Origin: a virus
Taxonomy: Duplodnaviria > Caudoviricetes
IMG/VR virus record: IMGVR_UViG_3300015607_004160
Direction: 5' to 3' (one strand)
DNA: 64,000 nucleotides
Shown here in pieces: positions 19,713-28,530 of this stretch (the stretch's first letter is position 1; the number at the start of each line of letters is the position of its first letter). Under the pieces are notes generated by a model, which made no database searches, was not told the DNA's origin, and was given only the letters and a program-made list of their open reading frames with translations. Made by a program: the position numbers and the translations under genes.

Positions 19713-20399
19713 ATGAAAACAAAAACAATCATATTAGAAATAAGAGCCGCTGAGGGCGGGCAAGATAGTAAACTACTAGTTGAAGATATATCAAATATTT
19801 ATATCAAATCAGCTAGAAATAATAACTTTGAATATAAAGTAACTGAACAAAGAAGTGGTCTTTGTATCATCTGACTAACTGGTAACGGAGTAGATAAATA
19901 TTATCAAAACGAAAGTGGATGCCATAGATGGATTCGCATACCTCCCACTGAACGGAAAGGACGAACACAAACCTCTATTATTAGTGTTGCCCTAATTGAT
20001 CCAAATGATGAGTTTAAATATAAAATGGATAAATCTGGTGTAATAAAAAACTATATAAGGGGAACTGGAAATGGTGGCCAAGCTATTAATAAAACTTCAA
20101 GTTGTGTGCAACTTATACATCAAAGTACAGGCATAATGGTCAAATGTCAAGAAACAAGGGACAGAAGTAAAAATGAAGAATTAGCTTGGATAAAATTAGA
20201 GGAAAAACTTAGAGACATAGATAAGCAAAAATATGAGTCTAATCTCTATTATAAAAGATTTGATCAGATCGGATATTCCGATAGGTCAGATAAACGCCGA
20301 ACGTATCGTATTAAAGATGATATTGTCACGGACCATATAACTGGAAAAAGCTGTTCATATAAAGATTTTTCTAGAGGAAAATTAGAACTAATTTGTTAA
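19713..20399 (+). CDS. Class I peptide chain release factor (RF1-like PxT motif, no domain 1) with in-frame TGA at codon 54
   Basis: MKTKTIILEIRAAEGGQDS...GLCII*LTGNG...ESGCHRWIRIPPTERKGRTQTS...GNGGQAINKTSS in one frame; TGA at 19872-19874; 228 aa with readthrough. Confidence 0.85.
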
Positions 20400-20428
20400 T
20401 TAAAGGGAGTTTACTCCCTTTAATTTTT
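20398..20428 (+). terminator. Hairpin at a convergent gene junction
   Basis: AATTAAAGGGAGT-TT-ACTCCCTTTAATT followed by T residues. Confidence 0.6.
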
Positions 20429-21131
20429 CAAAAAATTCCATACTATTTTTAAATCCTTTTTGTGTATTTAATATCCTTTTTGTTATACAAAGATTTTGTA
20501 TATCTGCTATTATTTTATGTGATATATTATTTTTAAACCCTTCTAAAATTGATACTTTGTGATCTATTGTTGGATATTTATCATCATTATAATTTAATTC
20601 TAAATATCCTAGTATATATTCATTATCATAATAATCAAACCCATTCCATTTTTCTACTAATTCTTTTTTATTTCGTCTAGTTAAATTTCTAACTATCCTT
20701 CTATAATTTTTATATTCACTACTATCTTCAATATTTGTATATTTTTGATTATTTTTAAAATACCTCGAAACAGACAGTGATATTTTTTCTTTTATTTCTG
20801 GATTTTCCTTATATAATTGAATAACTGATTTTTGAATTTTTTCTTTGACCCATTCTTGCTTAGATGGATTTTTATCTCCTGTTTTGGATATTGAGCATTT
20901 AAGTTTGAATTCACTCGATGATCTTGACTCCTTAAATTTTAAAGATACATTCAACGATTCTTTTATTTTCAACTTATGAGCTTCTGATAAAGTTTTTCCT
21001 GCCATCATCTTTGACTTATTTATATTTGCACATTTTCTACACCCACTATTTTTTTTAATTGATTGATTTAATTTGCCTTTTGTTTTATACAATAAATCAA
21101 TATTACATGATGGGCATTTTTTAGTAAACAT
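20400..21131 (-). CDS. Homing endonuclease-like protein (Zn ribbon, NUMOD3-like, HNH-like C-terminus)
   Basis: CPSC..CRKC; GKTLSEAHKLKI; TIDHK...NLCITKRILNTQKG. Confidence 0.65.
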   Translation of the reverse strand: MFTKKCPSCNIDLLYKTKGKLNQSIKKNSGCRKCANINKSKMMAGKTLSEAHKLKIKESLNVSLKFKESRSSSEFKLKCSISKTGDKNPSKQEWVKEKIQKSVIQLYKENPEIKEKISLSVSRYFKNNQKYTNIEDSSEYKNYRRIVRNLTRRNKKELVEKWNGFDYYDNEYILGYLELNYNDDKYPTIDHKVSILEGFKNNISHKIIADIQNLCITKRILNTQKGFKNSMEFFEKLKGVNSL

Positions 21132-21185
21132 AATCTTTTAATTATTTTTTAATATAATTTATATATTGAAAATATATACGCCCAT

Positions 21186-21356
21186 ATGGATAAAAATTCA
21201 AAAACAAAAAAAGAAAGGAGAAGGAAATATAATTCTGATAAAATATCAGTTCAGATATATAGGGAAACTCATAGTAAATTAAAAAAATATTGTGAAAGTA
21301 ATCATATTATAATGAAAGACTTTTTAAATGAAATAATACTTAAAAAAATTAATTAA
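21186..21356 (+). CDS. Small basic protein, possible ribbon-helix-helix DNA-binding protein (56 aa)
   Basis: Not in the ORF track; KISVQIYRETHSKLKKYCESNHIIMKDFLNEII. Confidence 0.55.
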   Translation: MDKNSKTKKERRRKYNSDKISVQIYRETHSKLKKYCESNHIIMKDFLNEIILKKIN

Positions 21357-21358
21357 AA

Positions 21359-21709
21359 GTGAAAATAAGCATTTATGAAAATAAGAAAGTAAATAGTGGA
21401 ATTTTATCAAAAAAAAGTGATAAAATTGAAATAAAAGAGGGTAGGTGGATTCAAGGTAATATATCACATCCAATGGAATATGATAGAATCTATTGCTTTG
21501 ATAAGAGATATGCTTATTTTTTGTATCATTTCGGAAAGAGAACACCAAAAAGTGGAATTTTTATTTCACTAAATTGGTTTCAAAATCAATTTTTTTTATT
21601 TATGCAGAAAGATCATTGGTTATTTAATAGTGATAAAATATGGAATCTCATAACATCAATTTTATCCATTATATCAATTATCATATCAATACTTGCTTTA
21701 AAAAAATAA
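21359..21709 (+). CDS. Hypothetical protein with C-terminal transmembrane helix
   Basis: Ends LITSILSIISIIISILALKK. Confidence 0.55.
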   Translation: MKISIYENKKVNSGILSKKSDKIEIKEGRWIQGNISHPMEYDRIYCFDKRYAYFLYHFGKRTPKSGIFISLNWFQNQFFLFMQKDHWLFNSDKIWNLITSILSIISIIISILALKK

Positions 21710-21751
21710 AAGATTATACCTGATAGAGCTATTGGCGTAATATATACTCCT

Positions 21752-22477
21752 ATGATGATACCATATCTAGGAGAAAAATCTAAATATTCTAACTTTATAA
21801 TCCCAAATATACCAACTGATATTTCAACCTATGTTGAGCCTTTTGGTGGAATGTTTGGGATTTATTTTTGCTTAGATTTAGAGCAATATACTAACACAAA
21901 ATTTGTGTATAATGATATTAACCATCTAAATTATAATTTGTTTAAATATTTGAAAGATGAAAATTTCTTATGTCACCTAAAAAATATTAAAGTTGATAAA
22001 ATATTTTATGAAAATGCTAAGCATAATTTATATAATTGTTCTGATTCAGAGAAGGCAATTTATTGGCTAGTTATTTTAACTTGTAGTGACTCTCAAGTTA
22101 ATGTTTTGGAAAGGAATTGGAAAAATGATTCTGAATTTGAGATATTAAAAATTAAAATAGGACTTAATAAAAACTATTTTAGAAAAATAGATTCTATTAA
22201 TAATCAAGATTATAAAGAAATTATAAATAAATATGATTCAGAAAATTCATTTTTTTATATAGATCCCCCCTATTATAATAAGGAATCATATTATATAAAT
22301 CATGATTTTGATAATAATGATAAGCATTTAGAATTATCAGAATCTCTAAAGAGAATAAAAGGTAGATTCGCTCTAAGTTATTTATACTTTTCAAAATTAA
22401 GTGAATGGTATAAAGGATATAATTTTTATTACTTTCAAACATTTATGGGTAAAGAAACGTTAATAACCAATTTTTAA
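21752..22477 (+). CDS. Dam-family DNA adenine methyltransferase
   Basis: YLGEK, YVEPFGG, YNDIN, IDPPYY. Confidence 0.85.
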   Translation: MMIPYLGEKSKYSNFIIPNIPTDISTYVEPFGGMFGIYFCLDLEQYTNTKFVYNDINHLNYNLFKYLKDENFLCHLKNIKVDKIFYENAKHNLYNCSDSEKAIYWLVILTCSDSQVNVLERNWKNDSEFEILKIKIGLNKNYFRKIDSINNQDYKEIINKYDSENSFFYIDPPYYNKESYYINHDFDNNDKHLELSESLKRIKGRFALSYLYFSKLSEWYKGYNFYYFQTFMGKETLITNF

Positions 22478-22501
22478 TATATAAAAAAAATGTTTATGTA
22501 A

Positions 22502-24016
22502 ATGCCTATACCAGCAGCAGGGCCTCTAAGTACAAATATAATATCGGATGAAGTTGGATACACAATGAGCTACCCACACAATCTTGCTGGTCCACTGAAA
22601 TCAGATAGTAGTCCAGGCACGTTCTCGCTTACATATTTTTTTCGAAATGGTAATGTTGCAACGGCTGGAGTAACACAATCTGCTCCTTTTGGTATGAGTG
22701 CATTTTATGGACAGGAAGCTATATATCGATGTGTTACATTTACTGCTAGTGGTGCTGTTGTTGGAACTGCCACAGTTGTTAGTTATTATAAAAATTTACA
22801 GACTGTAACATTTTCTTCAGACAGAAAATCTTTCTGTATTAGGCAAAACTGGGATGGACAAATGGCAATTAGTAATGTTCTTGCCGGAACGTATTCAATT
22901 GGAACTACTTGTAGTGCAATAACTGGACAATCTGTAGTTTCTGTTAGTGGTGTATATACTTCGTATGGGGTCAGGGTTTATAATATTGGTGGGTATGATA
23001 TAAATGGAAATACTGCGATTGGTAGTGTTTTGGCATTTTCTGCATCTACCTCATTGGTTGGTGGTACATTTACAAATAGATGGTGGTCAAATCCAGCATC
23101 AAATGCTACAGATGGTCGATTAAATATGACTGGATTATGGAATGATTCTAATGTTCCAGTACCAGGAACACCACAAACACAATATGTTGGAAATGGATAT
23201 TTATCATTTTCGATAAATGCCACCGAATCCAGACCCTATTATGTTGGAATAGGATCAGATAACCACATGACAATTAAACTTGATGGAGCAACCTGTATTT
23301 CACAAACTGGATCCAATGTGGCTAGTAATAATGACTTTAATTTTAAATATTGGAATATATATCCTATTACATTTTCAGCTGGATTCAGATTGTTGGAACT
23401 TATAAATACTAATGAAGGTGGAGTTGGGTCAATGGGATTTGATATTTATGATAATAGTTTATCGTCTTTACAAAATGTTTTTGCGAATGCAATTCCAAAT
23501 TCTTCTGCAACACCATCTGGATTAAATTTATTATATACGTCTGGAGCATTTAGAAACAGTGGTACATTTTTTCAAAACTTAGCGCTTACTTGTCCAACTA
23601 TACCGACTACAACCACAACAACTACTACGACCACAACAACTACGACTACAACAACTACAAGTACGACTACGACTACGACTACGGCTGCATTGATTGGAGT
23701 TACTATAAGTGCTTGTTTTGCAAGCTCATCTGATGGTAATGGTGATGTGCAGGCATATGTATATTCTAGTTTGCCTGTTGATACGAACGTAAGTGTCACA
23801 TTAAGATGGGAGGGTGACCTTAGTGGAGTAGATACCGGTACAGCAGTTATACTTTCTGGTGACTCTTGTGCTGCTGTACTGCTAACTGGATCGGCTGTAG
23901 CGGGAGAAAATGCATCATTGACTGATATAGCATTAATATCTCCATTGTCCTCATCAACACAAACCTACAATACCGGATCAGCATTCCCAAGTGGAAGTTG
24001 TATGGCATGTTTTTAG
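22502..24016 (+). CDS. Beta-rich fibre or adhesin-like protein with poly-Thr linker
   Basis: Rich in S/T/G/N; PA14-like GIGSDNHMTIKLDG segment; run of about 25 Thr. Confidence 0.6.
   Translation: MPIPAAGPLSTNIISDEVGYTMSYPHNLAGPLKSDSSPGTFSLTYFFRNGNVATAGVTQSAPFGMSAFYGQEAIYRCVTFTASGAVVGTATVVSYYKNLQTVTFSSDRKSFCIRQNWDGQMAISNVLAGTYSIGTTCSAITGQSVVSVSGVYTSYGVRVYNIGGYDINGNTAIGSVLAFSASTSLVGGTFTNRWWSNPASNATDGRLNMTGLWNDSNVPVPGTPQTQYVGNGYLSFSINATESRPYYVGIGSDNHMTIKLDGATCISQTGSNVASNNDFNFKYWNIYPITFSAGFRLLELINTNEGGVGSMGFDIYDNSLSSLQNVFANAIPNSSATPSGLNLLYTSGAFRNSGTFFQNLALTCPTIPTTTTTTTTTTTTTTTTTTSTTTTTTTAALIGVTISACFASSSDGNGDVQAYVYSSLPVDTNVSVTLRWEGDLSGVDTGTAVILSGDSCAAVLLTGSAVAGENASLTDIALISPLSSSTQTYNTGSAFPSGSCMACF
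23606..23683 (+). repeat. Poly-threonine codon run
   Basis: 26 codons, all Thr except one Ser, with mixed ACT/ACA/ACC/ACG. Confidence 0.85.
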
Positions 24017-24030
24017 ATATTTACAACTTG

Positions 24031-24591
24031 TTAATAATTGTTTTTAACCCAACTAATTAATTTTAATAAATTGCCAGCGTTGTGATTGTATTTATCTAGT
24101 AGAGATTCTAAGAATTGTAATCTACCTTCTTTATATTTCTCACCAGCGAAGCTATATTCATTATGAATACCCTCTTCCCACTGTAGTAAATCATCAAATC
24201 CCTTCTCAACAATACTCATATCTAATTTGTTAAACTTTTCAGATAGAGAAGTTGTAGATTTATGTGTTTTGGTATCTAAAATGGCTTGTTTGATATCTAA
24301 TATATCAGGGCTGTTTTTTTCTTGACAAAGGCTGACAAAGAATTCAGCGCTCTTTTCTTCATTATTAGTTTTGGTTGGATCATATACAATATCATGAAAT
24401 AAAGCAGTTAAAATAAGTTTATCATATTCTTTTTCAGATACCTTTCCTTTATAAGATTCATTGATATCAGATGTTAAAGACGATAAGTGATTTAAATTAT
24501 GATAAGATCTATGTGATTCGTTCCACATTCCTAAGAGAACATTAATATCTGCTTTAATTTTCCATTTGTCCAAAATATTTTGTAAATTCAT
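24031..24591 (-). CDS. HD-superfamily phosphohydrolase
   Basis: RSYHNLNHL, FHDIVYDP, NEEKSA. Confidence 0.8.
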   Translation of the reverse strand: MNLQNILDKWKIKADINVLLGMWNESHRSYHNLNHLSSLTSDINESYKGKVSEKEYDKLILTALFHDIVYDPTKTNNEEKSAEFFVSLCQEKNSPDILDIKQAILDTKTHKSTTSLSEKFNKLDMSIVEKGFDDLLQWEEGIHNEYSFAGEKYKEGRLQFLESLLDKYNHNAGNLLKLISWVKNNY

Positions 24592-24612
24592 ATTTTTAAT
24601 TATTTTTTGTAT

Positions 24613-24847
24613 CTATTTCCCTTTCATTAAATTATCATTCGTCCACAGAGGACGAAAATTTTCTCTGAGTATTTTTTATTTAATTTCTTTCCCTGTTTAA
24701 CATAATGTAAATTATAGGAAATAGAATGATTATATTATTTCTATAGGTAATGCTATTCTTTAGTTTTTATTTTAAAACATTCTTTACATGATATTTTTTA
24801 AAATCCCATTGATCTTTTTCAAGTTTACAAATGGAACATATTCTCAT
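24613..24847 (-). pseudogene. Eroded HNH homing endonuclease remnant
   Basis: MRICSICKLEK, frameshifted SCKECF, terminal NFRPLWTNDNLMKG. Confidence 0.55.
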
Positions 24848-24873
24848 TTTAAATATAATGTTTTTATTATATA

Positions 24874-25275
24874 TTAAAATGTGTATCTCGAATCTTTTTG
24901 ATTATAATAATCTTTATAACGATCCCATTTATCCTTTTTTTTCTCTTTTTCCCTTTGTTCCATTATTTTTCTCCTAATTATCTCTTCAAATTGTTCTTCT
25001 GATGGCTTAGATGGAATGTATTTAACATTTCTTTTAAGTAATACAACAAAGTCATAATAGGTAACATCATTATTTTTTTCAAAAGATATGGTTGTTCCTT
25101 CAACTTTATATTCTTCTCCACTTACAATAATAATTTCACCATCTAGTGGCTTTCTAATTGGGGTATTGGATTCAATTGAATCAACATCGGATAGAATTTC
25201 ATTTAAATTATTTTCTCTATCTTTTTCTACAACATTTTCTTTTTGATATTTAAATCTTAGTCTGTACTTTATCAT
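24874..25275 (-). CDS. Hypothetical protein
   Basis: 133 aa; internal DRENNLNEIL tag-like motif. Confidence 0.6.
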   Translation of the reverse strand: MIKYRLRFKYQKENVVEKDRENNLNEILSDVDSIESNTPIRKPLDGEIIIVSGEEYKVEGTTISFEKNNDVTYYDFVVLLKRNVKYIPSKPSEEQFEEIIRRKIMEQREKEKKKDKWDRYKDYYNQKDSRYTF

Positions 25276-25278
25276 AGT

Positions 25279-26244
25279 TTATACCATATTTAATTCATGA
25301 ATACTTTTGTTTTTAATTAGCCTATCTAATACGTCGACAATCAAATTAGAACACGAAATGATTTTTAGCCTATCTGATTTTTTATCGTATACAGATCCAA
25401 TTGTATCAGATACAATTAACTCTGTTAATTTAGAATTTTCTAGGTTCTCCATTGCTTTACCGCTCAAAATACCATGTGTGGAAATTGCCCTAACACTTAG
25501 AGCACCATTTTCTATTAGAATTTCAGACGCTTTTTTAAGTGTACCTAGTGTATCAGCCATATCATCTACAAGTACAACATTCCGACCAGAAACTTCCCCA
25601 ATTAACTCCATTGAATGAATTTCATTTGGCTTAATTCTCTTTTTATTAATAACCGCAAATGTTGCATCAGGAAATGCTTTAGCAAAATCTGTATTCTTTT
25701 TAACTGCACCATGGTCCGGTGAGCAAATTGTCAAATTTTCTAAATTTAAAGATTTAATATATTTGGTAAAAATTTTATTACCATTTAAGTGAATTACGGG
25801 TGTGTTATAGAAACCTTGTATTGAAGAAGCGTGCAGGTCGATTGTAATTAATCTAGTCATACCAGTTGCTTCTAAAATATCAGATAACATTTTAGAACCA
25901 ATTGATGACCTAATATGATCTGTTTTATCTTGTCGTGAATATCCTTGAAATGGGGCAATGAGTGTGAACGATTTTGCTCCAGCTCGCTTAGCAGCGTCGA
26001 TGATGAGTAAGGTTTCAATTATTGCATCTGATGAATTTGTAGTTTGAATGAAGAAGATATCTTCTTCCCGAATGGATTCTAAAAATCTTGGAAGTATTTC
26101 ACCATCAGAGAATTTTTCAATTGAAAGAGTTTCGGGTTGTATACCACTGAATTTTGATTCAGTCGTGTCATCATAATATTCTTGTAATAATGTAATAATT
26201 TTTTTTGATAATACTGGATTTGAAGTACCATAATAAACTTTCAT
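25279..26244 (-). CDS. prs: Ribose-phosphate pyrophosphokinase
   Basis: FSDGE, YSRQDK, IDLHASSIQGFY, SPDHGA, LVDDMADTLGT, THGILSG. Confidence 0.95.
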   Translation of the reverse strand: MKVYYGTSNPVLSKKIITLLQEYYDDTTESKFSGIQPETLSIEKFSDGEILPRFLESIREEDIFFIQTTNSSDAIIETLLIIDAAKRAGAKSFTLIAPFQGYSRQDKTDHIRSSIGSKMLSDILEATGMTRLITIDLHASSIQGFYNTPVIHLNGNKIFTKYIKSLNLENLTICSPDHGAVKKNTDFAKAFPDATFAVINKKRIKPNEIHSMELIGEVSGRNVVLVDDMADTLGTLKKASEILIENGALSVRAISTHGILSGKAMENLENSKLTELIVSDTIGSVYDKKSDRLKIISCSNLIVDVLDRLIKNKSIHELNMV

Positions 26245-26253
26245 AATTGTATT

Positions 26254-26523
26254 TTATTTGATTATATGCTCAATCAAGGCATTTCTATAACTGCTTGTTG
26301 TTGGTCTATAAGTTCTTTTATATAAATTTATAAATTTTTTAATAGACTTATCTTTTTTGGTATGTTTAAACGATATCCATTTAAATAGTAATGAATATTT
26401 TGCTTCCATAGAGAGTGAGTCCCACCAAATTAGGTTAGGGCCATGCATTTTATTTTCTAAAGACTTATACCTATTAAGTAATTCTCTTCTTTTTCGCTCT
26501 CTTGTGCATAGATTTTTACTCAT
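26254..26523 (-). CDS. Hypothetical basic protein (C-terminal tag), possibly leaderless
   Basis: TATATTTG element 4 nt before ATG; ends YRNALIEHIIK. Confidence 0.6.
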   Translation of the reverse strand: MSKNLCTRERKRRELLNRYKSLENKMHGPNLIWWDSLSMEAKYSLLFKWISFKHTKKDKSIKKFINLYKRTYRPTTSSYRNALIEHIIK

Positions 26524-26545
26524 ATTACAAATATACGAATTTTTT

Positions 26546-27055
26546 TTATACTAATGAATTTTTTCCATTAGTCAAAGGAGTTAATATTTTTTTTAACTTA
26601 TTGTTTCTCATATCACTACGAATCTCATTTGCAATAGATTGAAAGTCTTTAGTGTCGGAATATCCAACTGTTCCTCCAGAATATCCAGTTGCTCCAGAAT
26701 ATACTGTTCCGGAATATCCGGTTGCTCCAGAATATCCAACGGCTCCAGAATATCCGGAATACCCAGTAATACTTGATGTTGTATATGTTACTGTTCCTGT
26801 TGCCACACCAGGCACTCCTTTCACCGTACCATGTTTACTTTTGTTATCTACTCTATCAATACTTAAAACTTCCCAATTTTCTAAAAATTTTGGTGTGTTT
26901 AAATATACACATTTTAGAGTACGACGATCCGAATGATCTGGCACGGCTTCTATATGAATTTCAGTGGATTGAGAATCCACTACTAATTCATATTCTTTAT
27001 TACTTATAAACCCAAGTGATGATTTACCTATAAATTTAGCTTTTAATGTTATCAT
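26546..27055 (-). CDS. Hypothetical protein with GYSGA(T/V) repeats and C-terminal tag
   Basis: GYSGYSGAVGYSGATGYSG...; MRNNKLKKIL. Confidence 0.6.
   Translation of the reverse strand: MITLKAKFIGKSSLGFISNKEYELVVDSQSTEIHIEAVPDHSDRRTLKCVYLNTPKFLENWEVLSIDRVDNKSKHGTVKGVPGVATGTVTYTTSSITGYSGYSGAVGYSGATGYSGTVYSGATGYSGGTVGYSDTKDFQSIANEIRSDMRNNKLKKILTPLTNGKNSLV
26655..26768 (-). repeat. Imperfect 9/18-nt tandem repeat encoding GYS-GAT
   Basis: Recurring GGATATTC(T/C)GGA units. Confidence 0.7.
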
Positions 27056-27410
27056 CTATTATTTTATTAATTTTATTTTCCCTATCCTTTGACTTTTTAT
27101 AAAATGGAGTTTCCTCTCTCATAATCGAGAGATGATTTTCACCATAACATTTTTCCCAATGTTTGTGGTATAATTTTATTTGATTTTCTAAATCAATTGA
27201 TTTTCCTTCTATTGTATCTTTGTAAGATTCGATAATTATTCCACTCATATCATCTGCATGATAGATATCTTTTTCATAGAACCATTGAGATAGTTCTGAT
27301 CCAGTCCATAATCCCCATGCATTTCTTATGGACCTACCATCTAATTGATTAGGTGGTATATTCATTTTTATTAATTCTTGAATTGCCTCTTCTAATGTTT
27401 TAGGTATCAT
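27036..27410 (-). CDS. Hypothetical protein (C-terminal tag)
   Basis: IRNAWGLW...YHADDMSGII; ends DRENKINKII. Confidence 0.65.
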   Translation of the reverse strand: MIPKTLEEAIQELIKMNIPPNQLDGRSIRNAWGLWTGSELSQWFYEKDIYHADDMSGIIIESYKDTIEGKSIDLENQIKLYHKHWEKCYGENHLSIMREETPFYKKSKDRENKINKIIDDNIKS

Positions 27411-27413
27411 ATT

Positions 27414-27842
27414 TTAAAGATTAGTACTACCAAATCCACTTTCACCACGTATGCTATCAGAAAGTGTTTCTGATTCTATTAAATCAATATGTGGAATTGG
27501 CATAATTATTAGTTGACCAACTCTATCTCCTGCAGTGTATAATGAGTGTGAGTCTTTTGCACTTTTAACTATCTTAAATCTTAGTTCAATTTCCCCTCTA
27601 TATCCACTATCAATAACTCCAACCGAATTTGATAACAACATATCCTTTTTTGAGTTACTACTTCTTGGAAATAGTAAACCAACATATCCATAGGGTATTT
27701 CAATAGCAAGCCCAGTTTTGTAACTAACATAATCTTGTGTAAATTCGACTGATACAGCAGTTAGATCCATACCAGCGTCTCCTTCTTTGGCATATGAAGG
27801 TATGACAGTATCCTTGTGTAATTTTTTAACTCTAATATTCAT
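27414..27842 (-). CDS. dut: Trimeric dUTPase
   Basis: AGMDL, PRSS, GVIDSGYRGE, RVGQL, RGESGFGST. Confidence 0.96.
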   Translation of the reverse strand: MNIRVKKLHKDTVIPSYAKEGDAGMDLTAVSVEFTQDYVSYKTGLAIEIPYGYVGLLFPRSSNSKKDMLLSNSVGVIDSGYRGEIELRFKIVKSAKDSHSLYTAGDRVGQLIIMPIPHIDLIESETLSDSIRGESGFGSTNL

Positions 27843-27901
27843 TTTTAATAAATTTAAAAGTTATATCACTTTTTTAATATATAGTTTAAGTAAAATTTTT
27901 T

Positions 27902-28498
27902 ATCTATTTAGAAACATTTAAAGTTGAAAAGGAATTTGATTACATAACAAATTCTGGTAAAAAATCAAAGAGAAAAAGAGTATCAACACATGTTAGACTA
28001 CAGTGTAATAACTGTAATATATTATTTACAAAAGAGGCACATGACTTAAATCCCAAAAGAAGAAATAATAACTATGAGCATTTTTGTGGAAATTGTGGAA
28101 ATGTCTTTAGCTTAGCCACCAAATCTTATAATAAGAAGAATCCAAATAAACATGATCATCTTATTGGATCAAAAATTATTGATAGTAATGGATATGTTTG
28201 TATATATGTGGGATCAAATTATAAATATTTAAATAAATTTACTTCTTCTGTATATGGTGGGAGAATAAGAGAGCATATTTTTTTAATGCAGGAGAAAATT
28301 GGAAGACCACTTGAAAGGGGTGAGGTTATACATCACATAGATGGTGATAAACAAAATAATGATATATCAAATCTTGATTTATGTACAGTACAAGAACATA
28401 ATAATTGCCATGCAAAGGCTGAAAAAATTGTCTTTGAACTATATAAAAGGGGGATCGTTGGATACAACAAAGAAAATAAGCAATATTATCTAATTTGA
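27902..28498 (+). CDS. HNH endonuclease; frame extends 102 codons upstream of the annotated GTG with no ATG
   Basis: Open from 27890; ATC at 27902 then YLETFK..CNNC..CGNC..DSNGYVCIY..EHIF..VIHHIDGDKQNNDISNL. Confidence 0.7.
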   Translation: MYLETFKVEKEFDYITNSGKKSKRKRVSTHVRLQCNNCNILFTKEAHDLNPKRRNNNYEHFCGNCGNVFSLATKSYNKKNPNKHDHLIGSKIIDSNGYVCIYVGSNYKYLNKFTSSVYGGRIREHIFLMQEKIGRPLERGEVIHHIDGDKQNNDISNLDLCTVQEHNNCHAKAEKIVFELYKRGIVGYNKENKQYYLI

Positions 28499-28530
28499 AA
28501 GTTTGTGGATCCAGTTTCGCTGCCTAGTGA

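Noticed and set aside
19872-19874. Selenocysteine at the UGA
   Set aside because: Not a catalytic Cys position in release factors; no convincing SECIS hairpin seen
19860-19876. prfB-type +1 frameshift at the release-factor UGA
   Set aside because: The sequence is CTT TGT ATC ATC TGA C, not CTT TGA C, and downstream motifs stay in frame 0
23572-23799. Poly-Val minus-strand ORF
   Set aside because: Antisense of the poly-Thr run
26652-26936. PEYP-repeat ORF on the plus strand
   Set aside because: Antisense of the GYSGA repeat; the minus ORF fits the operon and has the C-terminal tag
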